Part shown: piece by piece, positions 1-12,635 of the stretch
Numbering within the stretch: the first letter of the stretch is position 1
Layout: each line of letters opens with the position of its first letter
Assembly (NCBI RefSeq): GCF_009914755.1
Contig: NC_060944.1
DNA: 64,000 nt
Direction: 5' to 3' (one strand)
DNA from: the human T2T-CHM13v2.0 reference genome, Homo sapiens
The notes under the pieces: model-generated
Seen by the model: only the letters and a program-made list of their open reading frames with translations
Told to the model about the DNA's origin: nothing
Database searches by the model: none
Program-made: the position numbers and the translations under genes

Positions 1-15
1 CTTTTCACATAGTCC

Positions 16-983
16 TGTGGGGAAAAGAAAGAGAGATCAGATTATTACTGTCTCCGTGTAGAAAGAAGTAGACATAGGAGACTCCATTTTGTTCTGTACT
101 AAGAAAAATTCTTCTGCCTTGAGATGCTGTTAATCTGTAACCTTACCCCCAACCCTGTGCTCCCTGAAACATGTGCTGTGTCAACTCAGGGTTAAATGGA
201 TTAAGGGCTGTGCAAGATGTGCTTTGTAAACAAATGCTTGAAGGCAGCATGCTCCTTAAGAGTCATCACCACTCCCTAATCTCAAGTACCCAGGGACACA
301 AAACACTGCGGAAGTCCGCAGGGACCTCTGCCTAGGAAAGCCAGGTATTGTCCAAGGTTTCTTCCCATGTGATAGTCTGAAATACGGCCTCGTGGAAAGG
401 GAAAGACCTGACCATCCCCCAGCCCGACACCCATAAAGGGTCTGTGCTGAGGAGGATTAGTAAAAGAGGAAGGAACGCCTCTTTGCAGTTGAGACAAGAG
501 GAAGGCATCTGTCTCCTGCCCATCCCTGGGCAATGGAATGTCTCTTTGTAAAACCCGATTGTATATTCCATCTACTGAGATAGGGGAAAACCGCCTTAGG
601 GCTGGAGTTGGGACACGCGGGCAGCAATACTGCTCTTTAAGGCATTGAGATGTTTATGTGTATACATAGCTAAAGCACAGCACTTAATTCTTTACCTTGT
701 TTATGATGCAGAGACTTTTGTTCACGTTTTTACCTGCTGACCTTCTCTCCACTATTATCCTATGAACCTGCCACATCCCCCTCTCCAAGAAACACCCAAT
801 AATGATCAATAAATACTAAGGGAACTCAGAGGCTGGTGTGGATCCTCCGTATGCCGAATGCCGGTCCTCTGGGCCCCCTTTTTCTTTCTCTATATTTTGT
901 CTCTGTGTCTCTTTCTTTTCCAAGTCTCTCATTCCACCTAACGAGAAACACCCACAGGTGTGGAGGGGCAACCCACCCATTCA
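16..983 (+). mobile_element. HERV-K(HML-2) solo LTR, LTR5 family (LTR5B-like)
   Basis: 968 bp, TG...CA termini, starts TGTGGGGAAAAGAAAGAGAGATCAG, AATAAA at 808-813. Perfect 6-bp TSD TAGTCC at 10-15 and 984-989. Confidence 0.95.
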
Positions 984-2487
984 TAGTCCCATATTTCTTA
1001 TAGGCTTTGTTCATTTCTTTTTACTCTTTTTTCTCTAAACTTCTCTTCTCGCTTCATTTTATTCATTTGATCTTCAATCACAGATACCCTTTCTTCCACT
1101 TGATCGAATCGGCTACTGAAGCTTGTGCATGCATCACGTTGTTCTCGTGCTATGGTTTTCAGCTCTATCAGGTCATTTAAGGTCTTCTCTATGCTGTTTA
1201 TTCTAGTTAGCCATTCGTCTAATCTTTTTTCAAGGTTTTTAGCTTCCTTGTGATGGGTTCAACCGTCCTCCTTTAGCTCAGAGAATTTTGTTATTACTGA
1301 TCTCCTGAAACCTACTTCTGTCAACTCATCAAAGTCATTTTCCATCCAGCTTTGTTCCATTGCTGGCAAGGAGCTGCGATCCTTTGGAGGAAAGGAGGCA
1401 CTCTGGTTTTTAGAATTTTCAACTTTTCTGCTCAGATTTCTCCTCATCTTTGTGGTTTTATCTACCTTTGGTCTTTGATGATGGTGACCTAAAGATGGGG
1501 TTTTGGTGTGGATGTCCTTTTTGTTGATGTTGATGCTATTCCTTTCTGTTTGTTAGTTTTCCTTCTAACAGTCAGGACCCTCAGCTGCAGGTCTGTTGGA
1601 GTTTGCTGGAGGTCCACTCCAAACCCTGTTTTCCTGGGTATCATCAGCGGAGGCTGCGGAACAGCAAATATTGCAGAACAGCTAATGTTGCTGCCTGATC
1701 CTTCCTCTGGAAGCTTCGTCTCAGAGGGTCACCCAGCTGTATGAGGTGTCAGTCAGCTCCTACTGGGAGGTGTCTCCAAGTTAGGCTACTCGGGGGTCAG
1801 TGACCCACTTGAGGAGGCAGTCTATCTGTTCTCAGATCTCAACTCCATGCTAGGAGAACCACTGCTCTCTTCCAAGCTGTCAGACAGGGACGTTTAAGTC
1901 TGCAGAAGTTTCTGCTGCCTTTTGTTCAGCTATACCCTGCCCCCAGAGGTGGAGTCTACAGAGGCAGGCAGGTCTCCTTGAGCTGCAGTGGGCTCCATCC
2001 AGTTTGAGCTTCCCAGCTACTTTGTTTACCTAGTCAAGCCTCAGCAATCACAGACCCCCTACCCCAGCCTCACTGCAGCCTCACTGCTGCCTCACAGTTC
2101 GATCTCGGACTGCTGTGCTAGTAATGAGCAAGGCTCCATGGGCATGGGACCCACCAAGCCATGTGCGGGATATAATCTCCTGGTGTGCCATTTGCTAAGA
2201 CTGTTGGAAAAGTGCAGTATTAGGGTGGGAGTGTCCCAATTTTCCAGGTACCGTGTGTGATGGCTTCCCTTAGCTAGGAAAGGGAATTCCCCAACCCCTT
2301 GCACTTTCCAGTTGAGGTGATGCCCCACCCTGCTTCGGCTCACACTCCGTAGGCAGCACCCACTGCCCAACCAGTCCCAGTGAGATGAACCTGGTACCTC
2401 AGTTGGAAATGCAGAAATCACCTGTCTTCTGTGTTGCTCACGCTGGGAGGTGTAGACAAGCTGTTCTTATTCGGCCATCTTGAAACA
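984..2487 (-). mobile_element. L1PA (older, about PA5-PA8) 5' UTR plus ORF1 5' part; continues past the LTR beyond the window start
   Basis: 5' end AAGATGGCCGAATAAGAACAGCT on the minus strand at about 2459-2481. ORF1 N-terminus MRRNLSRKVENSKNQSASFPPKDRSS...ENDFDELTEVGFRRS starts at 1447 with a premature stop at 1259. Bases 1-15 rejoin 990 onward as continuous ORF1 sequence. Confidence 0.93.
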
Positions 2488-2844
2488 ATCCTCACTTTAT
2501 ATCTTTTTATATGTTTATTGGCCTTTAATTTTTTCACTTTTTTGAAATGTCTTTAGCCTTTTTTTATATTACAGTTGTTGTTGTTATTGATTGATAGGCT
2601 TTCTTTATGCTTTTTTGGACATAGATCTTTGAGATTATATGTGTATGAGTTACATTTTTCCTAGGTTTACTTGTTTTCACACATGAATAATGCCAATGTC
2701 AGCCTCAAACCTGCCTAATTGAGAGCATGTGGTTGGTTTTTCTGGTTTTTTTCTCTTTCTTCCTCTCTCTCCCTCCCTCCCTTCCCTTTTATTTCATTCT
2801 TTCCTTACTTTTTCTCTCCTTGTTTTCATATTTACTTATTCACT

Positions 2845-3149
2845 CATTTATTTTTAAAGACAGGGTCTCACACTGTCACCCAGGTGGGAATGCAGTGGCA
2901 CAATCGAAGCTCACTACAGCCTCAAACTCCTTTGTTCAAGCCACTCTCCCACCTCAGCCTCCTGCATAGCTAGGACTAAAGACACATGCCACCACAGTTG
3001 ACTTGATTTTTGTTTTTTGTTTTTTTCTGGTAGACACAGAGTCTTGCTATGTTGCCTGGCCTACCTGGTCTCAAACTCCTAGCCTCAAGAGATCTTTCCA
3101 CCTCTGCCTCCCAAAGTACTGGGATTACAAGCATGTACAACTGTGCCCC
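2845..3149 (-). mobile_element. AluJ
   Basis: Diverged antisense Alu dimer (gacagggtctcacactgtcacccagg...cccaaagtactgggattaca). Confidence 0.85.
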
Positions 3150-4559
3150 CCACTCTTCATCTTTAACTTAATGTTCTTTGTCTTCTTTTATTTCTTCTTC
3201 CCTTTTCTCTCCCTCCTCACCTTTATTTTCTTCTTCTTGTTCCTCTTTCTCTCTCACTCTGTCTTTCCATGTTGCAATCATAACCTAGTTCTAGATAGGC
3301 AAGTGGCCTTTAGCTAGATTTTTTAGGGTTTTGTTTTTGTTTTTGTTTTGTTTTTCTGGTTCATGCTCTAAATGTGTTGCCCTTTGAGGTCCTGGATTTA
3401 AGCTAGGCTGAATAGGTATGCCAGTGGTTACAAGCTTCTGGGAAAGATCTCCCTCTTTCATGCTCTATAACAACAATACAACTTGGCAAGCTGTTGCCTG
3501 GGGGTGGAGTGAAGATAGAAATGAGAGTGAGAAGTGTTTGCATGTATTGCTCAATTATCTCGAGTTAACAACCTTTTCAGTACTCACCTTTAAAGTAATA
3601 TGGTTTGCCTGCACTTCCCCCAGCAACCATGAAGCCATTAAAAATAGAGCTCCAATGCAGGATTGGGTTCAGCACATGCTCTTGGGGGTAAAGCAGCTTT
3701 AGGACTCTGCTTACTTCTCCAGGTTCTTACTCTCACAGATTTTGGTCTGTTTATTCATTATTATTTTATGAGCATTTTGATATCTTCAGAAATATAATTT
3801 GTTATATCTCAAATAACTACTGTTTTTAGCAGGATGATTGAACTGGTATATTTTAGATCCCTCAGTATGAATATGGGAAACAAATCATTTTACTACTAAC
3901 TACAGGTCATAAATTATTAGTTTTGTTTGGTTTTATTTCATTATCCCATACCCAGTATGGAAATTTTCCCTTGGATCACCACCTGCATTGAAGGATTTTC
4001 CTCTACTATCCTTCCACTGAGGATGTCGTCTTTCAGGTTCCCATCATTATATGGAAGTCTCTATGCCTTAGTCTCCGCATCCACATGTAGCTACACACAG
4101 GTGCTCTATAAGGGCTTAGTAGATGATCTTGAGGAAATAGTGTGCTTCAGTGCCATTTACCTGCCTGTTGAGGTTGTACTTGTTTTTGGTAGTTCTTTTC
4201 GTTTTATTTTATATTTGGGTTCTTGAGAATATCCATTACTTTCTTGCCATTTCAGCCACACATAGTAAAATATGCTTATAACATTTTATCTCACATCTAT
4301 AGATGTTTTGTAAAAGACTTTACTTCAGTAAAGCTAGTCCACATATTTCTAAACATTTTAATTATGGTTTTAATTATGGACCTGTTGTTGTATAGAAATT
4401 TAAATGTTTATTATAGTGAAAGATATCAACAGTGCTACTGAGGATCTGGGCTTTTTAGTCTCGTTTGGAAAATCCTTCTGCAGTCTTAAAAACATTTTCT
4501 CATGTTTTCTTCCATCTGGAGCTGATCTTTGTGCACTGTGTAATCACTATTTTATTTCT

Positions 4560-4925
4560 GTTAGCAAAGTGGGCCAAATATTTGGTTTAACAAATATATC
4601 CAGTTCTTTCCTTCAAGGCACATAGTGAAATTGCATGTACTAGTTTCCTTGTGGATAGGGCCATGCTGGTTCTGGGCCATATGACCAGTTCAGGACAATG
4701 AATTGTTCATGTCTGATGATCACCAAATTGGGGTTGAAGCATTTAACTGCCAGTGCAAGACCTGTCTTAGCTCTCTTTTCCTTGGCAGATCAGCAAGCTG
4801 TATTCTAATGGTAGCTGCTTTGTCAGCCTGGTGAAGATGAGAAGAGTCCCAGGCAATACATGACTGGCAAATAGTATGTGACTTTGAATGCCAAAAATTA
4901 TATCTTTGATATCCAAAGTCACATA
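4560..4925. mobile_element. Old MaLR LTR relic (MLT1-like)
   Basis: Degenerate 'ccagttc...ggcacatag...gggccatatgaccagttc..acaatgaa' pattern. Boundaries approximate. Confidence 0.4.
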
Positions 4926-5632
4926 ATGTATCTTAGTCTTACTGATATACATAAGGTCCAAGATAAGAATTAATTTATTTTTCCAAATAAGTAACCTCAC
5001 TCTCACCCTCACTCATCTCACCCTCACTGAGTGAAAAGCCCCTCTTTCTCCATTCATTTAATGATACTTGTTAAGACAGAATATTTCATACCATGGATAT
5101 AACCAAAAACTAATGTTTCTGTTTAATCAAAAAAAATTTCCCATGTAGACATAAACATATTTTCAAGGTTGATGATGAAATAAGATGGATAATGGATGCT
5201 AGAAATTATGTTTCCTGTAAGCAGCATGAAGAAATCTCCAAAGGAGGCTATTTCTAAAACACAGTTGTAATTGGAACCAGTGAGCGAGAGTAGGCTGCTA
5301 ATGGGATGTCATGCTTTGATTTTAGAGATCAGGAATCCAAATTGAAATACCTTAAACAGTACAGTTTTGTTTAAACTATAGTCCTCTGCTAGGAGGAAAA
5401 GTTCCCAATATTTAAAATGGGACAATTTCTTCAGGTAGATAATTTGAATTTAGAGAGGAAGGGTAGCTTTACCTGAAAGGTGATGCTGAAAGGAAATCAC
5501 TGCACTTGGAGGCACATCCTGGAATAGACTCTCATCCTGCAGGCTGCTTATCTTGGAGGATGAGACACAGATGTGTGTGGTATTCCTAGAGCTATTGAAT
5601 TATTTAACCCTTTTATGAATTTTGTTGATGAC

Positions 5633-5907
5633 TTTTTTTTTTTTTTTTTGAGACAGGGTCTCACTCTGTCATCTAGGCTGGAGTGCAGTGGTATGATCAT
5701 GGCTAGCAACCTTGAACTCCTGGGCTCAAGTGATCCTCCAGCCTCAGCCTCCTGAGTAGCTAGGACCACATCACACCCCTGCCCCACCACATGCCCACTG
5801 CCCAGCTAATTTAAAAAAATTTTGTAGAGACTGACTCTGGGTCTGACTATGTTGCCCGGGCTGGTCTGGAACTCCTGGCCTCAAGCAGTCCTCTCACCTC
5901 AGCCTCT
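5633..5907 (-). mobile_element. AluJ, 5'-truncated
   Basis: T-tail followed by antisense Alu. GATGAC occurs on both flanks (5627-5632, 5911-5916). Confidence 0.88.
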
Positions 5908-6336
5908 ACGGATGACTATTAATAGCATATTTATAAATATAACATTTAAAAATATATGTAAATTATTTCTGATCACTAAATGCTGAGTCATATTGAAGCA
6001 TATTAGAAAACTAGAAAATCGTTAGGATGAATTTCTTTTGGAAATTACTAAAAAAGAGTATATTGTTATGTGAAATATGTGTGGGAGCCATGCAAATGTA
6101 TTATAAGCATATGGACTTGGGAAAAGGAGCACACTGAATGAATTTTTACCCCTCCTCTCCTCATTTTGTCCATAAGTGTAAAAAATTAAAAACTCATTCT
6201 TTTTAAGATATGTAAAATGGTTTTTAAAACATTCTGATACTTCAACTCAATTGCTGGAAATATCCTTTGTGGTAAGCAAAGATAGTTGCCTATTCACGAA
6301 AGATTCAAAAGATAGCATAATAAGAAAACAATATTT

Positions 6337-6657
<321 letters not shown>

Positions 6658-7669
6658 CTACTTTATTATTATGGAGGGATTGTTTGGCAGGACTGTTTCT
6701 TTTATCTGCTTTGGTACCATTAGTAGCAAATGTTCAGTGTGACCAACATAAGCTAATGATGTGAGGACTGATACTAATAATTTTTTAAAATTCTCAGTGG
6801 AAATCATGAGTTTACCCAGCATCAGATTTCATAAGCTATAATAATATAGTCTCTTTGCTTTTCACTGTAAATATATTCATTGAATATTATATTGGTATGT
6901 ATTATATAATATGATTATGCATAATATATCATTCTAATATATACAATTAATATGTAAACTCACTCAACAAAAGATATACAGATCTTCAGCTAAGGCAAAA
7001 TTGGAAAACATTAATTCTTCTTATGAAAGGCAATTTCTGTGGTTGTCCCTTCTTTAGAAACATTGGGTCAAGTGGCATGAAGGGTGACGGAAATAATAAA
7101 TGAAGTCTTCATTCCTCAGTGGCAAACACTGGAACTACCACCCTGATCTATGCAGAGAATGTTTCAGCATCATTCTCTGCCAGTTAACTCCAGTATTCAT
7201 ATATTACCAAGTGTTTTTTTTGTGTGTGTGTGAATTAATATTAAATCTAGGTACATCAAGAATCTTCCAAATTTTATATTGTCAGGTCCTAGGAAACAGA
7301 AACGATGGTTAAATCTCATATTAGTACACTAGACTACCCAACTGGCATGTGTTTTATTTGTTAATAAATAAAATTTTAAAAATGCTCTCCATCTTCCACC
7401 GGTCCCCTTGCCACTCCCCTAAATAACTTAAGACGGCTGGCTTGGCTGGGAGGCCCACTCTTTGCCCTTCCCATCTTCTTTCCTCTTTCTGTTCAGAATG
7501 CAGAAAGATCCAGCGGCATCTTGGGATGATGAGATTCCACGAGAGTGGGGGCCAGAGATAAAGGTGACAGGGCAGAAAGAGACAGGATCCTGGGTCCTGA
7601 GGCCCACAAAGATGCCATACAAACCCCCAACCGCTTGCCTCCTGACTTCTTTCACACAGCAGAACATGA

Positions 7670-7979
<310 letters not shown>

Positions 7980-8442
7980 TGGGGTGTCTTTTACTAGCAT
8001 CCAAACGCAGCTCCTCAGTGACCCAGGTCTCAGTTCACTGTGATGCCCAAGACAGGATGTAACAAGGTTAACAACAAGATATATATTATATTTACATACA
8101 TAGATACATGCACATATACTATACACACAATGTTTTATATATACAAATAAATGAAATTGCAGTTTACCTTACATATAAAGTAAGCTGTAATTTATGGTTA
8201 GCTGAAAGTTAATTGTAGCAATAGTCTAATATAGTATCTGTAAGACCAGAGATACTAGAAGTCATTGAAATTAGTCTCATGGAGTAAAATCCCAGAAATA
8301 CGCATTAAAAGTGATTCTTGGTTTGTTTTCTCTAGCATGGGTGTGTGTATGTGTGTGCATATTCTGTGATTTTTATACTCAATATTATAAGAAAAATCTT
8401 GATTTGACAGTTCTGTTCTGGTTCTTATCAACTGAAATATTT

Positions 8443-8526
8443 TCTCAAACTCCTGGCCTCAAGCAATCTTCTCACCTCAGCCTCCCAAAGTGCTAGGATT
8501 ACAAGCATGAGCCACCGTGCCCAGCC
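8443..8526 (-). mobile_element. Alu left-arm fragment (FLAM/AluJ)
   Basis: ctcaaactcctggcctcaagcaatc...gagccaccgtgcccagcc. Confidence 0.8.
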
Positions 8527-9296
8527 TCAAGTGAAATTTTCTAAAGTAATCAAACACTGTCAGCGAGGGCGGAACAGAAACTGTGAGAATATTCGAAGTG
8601 CCCAAGAATGTAGCTTCTGATGCCACAAGAGTAGAATGATGGATTGCCCTCCAGTTTCCTTGTAAAATCCTCCTATAAAACCATGTGCCAAAAAAATGGA
8701 GGACCTCATAGTTTGTTACATTATAAAGAGATAAAATATCTAATCAACTGCAAAGACAGGTCACTTTGCATTTTGAAATCCTAACTGAAGAAGTTATCTG
8801 CTCTATACAAAAAGATAGATACAAGACAAATATTCCAACCTTGAACCCCAGCATCTAAGTGGATATTAACCCTAACAGTTGTGTCAGGGTACTGCCAATG
8901 GGATTCTGTCCTGAGTAATGGGCCTTTTTTCTTAATGAACCCATTTAACAGCTGTCAAGTTCAAAGAAAGACTCAATGTGTTAAATAAGACCATCACTAT
9001 CCCAGATCTCTCCTGGATATTAAAAAACAAAAGAATGTCCAAGGTTCTGTAAACTCTTATGAATTTACCTTATGTGAATAGCCTCATTATAATAAGGAAA
9101 ACAAAGACTGCTTGTCAACTTCTATGCAGCACCCAGGGAAGTATACCTATTTTCGTTATAGAAAATAAAAGCAGACCATTTTTCAGGTGTTCCATTTTTT
9201 ATGTCTCTGTAAAGCCCTAGCAATGGGTAACTCAGAGGCACATCATAGGTTTTTCCATGATTGGCTTTCTTTCCAAGTTACAATGAGACAATGTTA

Positions 9297-9822
<526 letters not shown>

Positions 9823-11210
9823 TTACCCACTGTGGAATAACTCCTGAAATTTAAATGAACAGAGATTTAAGAATTCTACCTTACCCCTTCCTTAAGAGAG
9901 AAAAATCATACACAAAATAGAAACATTGATAATAATATGGTGAATTTGCAGCAGAAAGAGAATTAGAAAAAAAAAATCTATCCGAACATTTTCAATATCA
10001 AGCAACTGTCAAAATATTATCTAAGTCAATTGTTCCCTCTGACCTCTTATGTCACTTCTGGAAACAATAACATTAGCCTCGTTTTCACACAAGTCCTCAG
10101 CACACACGCTTCTACCTTTTTCTCCACTTTAGTATCTGCATTTATCTCTTTAGTTAGACAGTCGTTAGACAACACTGGGAAGCAGGCCAGCTCACAGTTC
10201 TTACCCCTTTTATCTTAATAGGATTTTCCAGAAATCATGTGGATAGATATGATACAAATTATTCTGCCCCTTCAGCTTTCAGTAACAGGAAAGTTTCTGT
10301 TAATAAGGTTTCAGTATTGACAGGCATCAGTATTTTCCAGAAAAGAGATAGCATCATTTCCAATTTACAGGAAACAATTTCTCAATGGACAGTTGAAAAA
10401 GCATAGAAATACAAAGTGATGGACTTAAAAATTACGGTCATATAGTCAGATTTTTATTTTAGTCAACATTTCTAAGTAGAAAGAAAATGCGTTTTTATGA
10501 TTCTTCTAGTCTGGAGTTATCTACTGCTGAAAAAATATAATAATATTATTAATAAATGGTTCCTGCACATAGAGGATATGTAAGGTCTCAAAATGTTTAG
10601 ATACATACAAAATGAGCAGTACTTGGAATTCAAATTTGACTAGTGAGGCACATAATCTATCAGTCTATCTGCCTTTTTTTCACCGCCTTTGTTTGGCACA
10701 CTTACAGAAAAGCAACAACTTCCAAAGTAGTTTCCCAAACTAGGTTCCATAGATTTCTGATAAATATTCCTTCACAGAGAGTATCTATATGTAGGAAAAA
10801 AATATGTATGTGATTCAATGGAAAATTACGATTGTTTAGATCACAACACTCCAGATTATCTGATACTTATCTGTCATTATCTTTGAGCTATTTTACAACC
10901 CTATCAGTTGTAGATGTCTGATGGAAATACAAAATAAGATATTCAGTTCTAACAGTAGCTTAATCTAATAATTTCATCTTTCATGATCATTCACCCATGA
11001 TGCACAAGCCAAAACCTAGGAAACATTACTAATTCTTTTCCCTTTCATCATGGACATCTAATTCAGTAAAAAGTCCTATTTGTTTTAACATGAAATTATA
11101 TCCCAATTCCCACCATTAAATAGCGTGTGAATTTCAACCATCCTCATCCAAGCCTCATCCTCTCTCATTTGAACTAATGACCAGATGATGAAACTTAAAA
11201 ACTTAAGTCA

Positions 11211-11417
11211 GCCAGGCATGGTGGCTCATGCCTGTAATCTTGGCAGTACAAGAGGTCAAGGCAGGAGGATCCCTTAAAGCCTTAAAGCTCGACACCAGCT
11301 GGGGCAAGAAAATGAGACCTCCTATCTCTAAAAAAAAAAAAAAAATTTAAATTAGCCGGGCATGGTGGCATGTGCCTGTAGTTACGGCTACTCAGGAGGG
11401 TGAGGCAGGAGCCCAGG
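11211..11417 (+). mobile_element. AluJ, 3'-truncated
   Basis: Left arm, A-linker and partial right arm. Confidence 0.82.
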
Positions 11418-11419
11418 AT

Positions 11420-11670
11420 GTGATGTAATGCTGAAAGTAAAGATTGGAATGATAGAACACAAGCCACAGAATGCTGGCAGTCTCTAGAAGCTGGAAGAGC
11501 CAATTTCTTCCCTGAAGCCTCCAGAAGGAATGCAATTTACTGACACTCTGATTTTAGCTGCCTAAGACTCATAACTTCTGACTTCCAGAATTGTAAGATA
11601 ATAAATTTGGGTTATTTTAAGCCACTAAACTTGTGAAAATTTGTTACTGCAGCAATAGCAAATCAAGATA
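11420..11670 (+). mobile_element. MLT1 (MaLR) LTR 3' part
   Basis: 'aagccacagaatgctggcagtctctagaagctggaa...gacttccagaattgtaagataataaatttg...ttttaagccactaa...tttgttactgcagcaatag'. Confidence 0.78.
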
Positions 11671-11725
11671 GATGCATTCAGTACGTATTGGCTTAAGGAA
11701 TCCATTCCTCAACAGAGGCAATATA

Positions 11726-12067
11726 TAGTCAGGTGCTGCAAAACAATGTTTTGGTCAGCACACATACAGACAGAGCTCATATATGACAGTGGTCCCATAA
11801 GATTATAATACCATATTTTTACAAAACCTTTTCTATGTTTGGATTCATTTAAATAAACAAATAACATTGTGTTACAATTGCCTACAGTATTGAGCACACT
11901 AATATGGTGTGCAGGTTTGTAGACTAGGAGTAATAGGCTACATATAGCTTAAGTGTGTAGTAGGGTCTACCATATAGATTTGTACACTCTATGATGTTCT
12001 TAACAATAAAATTGCCTAATGACATATTTCTCAGAATGTGTCTTCATCATTAAGCAATGTGTGACTG
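11726..12067. mobile_element. Tigger3a/MER7A-like TcMar DNA transposon fossil
   Basis: About 340 bp with degenerate CAGTCA...TGACTG termini and the internal 'ggtcccataagattataataccatattttt' signature. Confidence 0.78.
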
Positions 12068-12296
12068 CAATAATGATTTGGCACACAGATTGAGAACTAA
12101 GACTTTTGGGGTTCAAATCTCATCTCATAATGAGATAGTGCATGTAAAACACTCAATAAATGCCAGCTGTATTACTGTTGTGTTTTATAGCTCAATGAGA
12201 AGTCCTCGTCCCGTTTCTTAACACTGGCTGCACATTAAAATCACTTGAAGAGGTAAAAAATGTTCATGCTTTATCTCCAGAAAGCAGGGCCAGCTA

Positions 12297-12635
<339 letters not shown>

